Source: Eutreptiella sp. 'Long Island Sound 2002'
Lineage: Eukaryota; Protista; Euglenida
Direction: 5' to 3'
NCBI GenBank assembly: GCA_964036045.1
Contig: OZ038378.1
Span: forward strand, 38,006,001-38,070,000
Length of the DNA: 64,000 nt
Every line of letters begins with the position of its first letter. Position 1 is the first letter of the stretch. The notes below the pieces were generated by a model that had not been told where the DNA came from, made no database searches, and worked only from the letters and a program-made list of their open reading frames with translations. This document shows positions 63,370 to 64,000 of the stretch, in pieces. A program made the position numbers and the translations under genes.

Positions 63370-63460
63370 TGCTAATCAGAAAGCGGTTCCGGAAATGGGC
63401 TTCTCGGCAGGGTTCTTGATCAAGAAGGGGTTCTCAGTTTGGGTTCCTGATGCGGTTCCT
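63370..63460. repeat. Second copy of the GGGTTC/CTTCTCGG motif array
   Basis: ATCAGAAAGCGGTTCCGGAAATGGGCTTCTCGG parallels ATCAGAAAGGGGTTCCCAAAATGACTTCTCGG at ~61074. Confidence 0.65.
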
Positions 63461-63756
63461 TATCACATCCTAGATCCCGTGCATTCCCTGTTACGCCGGT
63501 TTGCCCCTGTAGGTCGCTGTGGACGTCTGGCCGACACTGGTGGTGGATCGGCAAGCACTCATGGGCGATGGGCCTGCAGGAGAGGTTGCGCGAGAAAGGC
63601 AGCAAGTGCCCAGGATGCAGATCACAGGGGTTGGACAAGGCCCCGATGTGTGTTAGGCGATCCTGCCGAAGGCCTCAGTGAAGATCCAGGCTGTGTCAGA
63701 GTGCATCATAGGACTGGGGAACACGGAGTGTACAAGTAGTACGCACTACATATCAA

Positions 63757-64000
63757 ATGGCGGATGGAGGGCAAGCGCACCTTATGGAGCTCAGCTGTGT
63801 GGTGTCTGTGGTATACGAGAGCACCGATGCCCCGAGGGCAGGTACTTGGCTCTTCACAACGTTTGTGTATGGCAAGTCTGGCAAGTATGAACACATTTCC
63901 TTTGAGGATGGGCGGCAGGTCCGCAAGGGGGCAAAGATTATCATCTCCCTGTCTTCAGTGGGTGATGCCGAGGTGTCCGCGTCGGCATTGCGACATGCAC
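63757..64000 (+). CDS. Possible ORF start running off the window end
   Basis: MADGGQAHLMELSCVVSVVYESTDAPRAGTWLFTTFVYGKSGKYEHISFEDG... stays open for 81 codons to base 64000. Confidence 0.25.
   Translation, partial: MADGGQAHLMELSCVVSVVYESTDAPRAGTWLFTTFVYGKSGKYEHISFEDGRQVRKGAKIIISLSSVGDAEVSASALRHA

Noticed and set aside
1-64000. rRNA, tRNA, spliced-leader or snRNA genes
   Set aside because: None recognised by eye. A covariance-model scan (Infernal/tRNAscan-SE) would be needed to exclude them.

Overview
Eukaryotic, repeat-dominated window with no operons, rRNA, tRNA or CRISPR. The style (long C/G homopolymers, CA/GT microsatellites, decayed transposons, one GC3-rich exon) suggests a protist such as a euglenid, but the organism cannot be confirmed from sequence alone. 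Contents: a decayed Transib/RAG1-like transposase (5.6-7.4 kb) beside a decayed ORF with a 2OG-Fe(II) dioxygenase fold (2.6-5.0 kb), both bracketed by TTCGTACGAA motif arrays; a ~5 kb foldback palindrome (9.0-14.1 kb); an 83-bp satellite; further decayed transposase-like ORFs (21.8-24.4 and 28.4-31.5 kb); a 5'-truncated non-LTR retrotransposon with RT, RNase H and a long C-terminal extension (34.3-37.7 kb); one apparently intact exon (38.8-39.8 kb); a 162-bp satellite family inside a 2.7-kb tandem duplication with inversions (40-46 kb); a TA-flanked MITE carrying a small ORF (50.4-51.0 kb); a decayed repeat-domain ORF (52.4-57.8 kb); and a divergent gene pair containing a second 2OG-Fe(II) dioxygenase plus Cys-rich finger (58.8-62.9 kb). 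The best candidate for an undescribed system is DNA transposons carrying PhyH-like 2OG-Fe(II) dioxygenase cargo, seen twice in unrelated sequence contexts. All protein family calls are by-eye motif recognition without database searches. Most ORF-track entries are spurious translations of repeats, and some frameshifts at homopolymer runs may be sequencing errors. Approximate boundaries are good to tens of bases.
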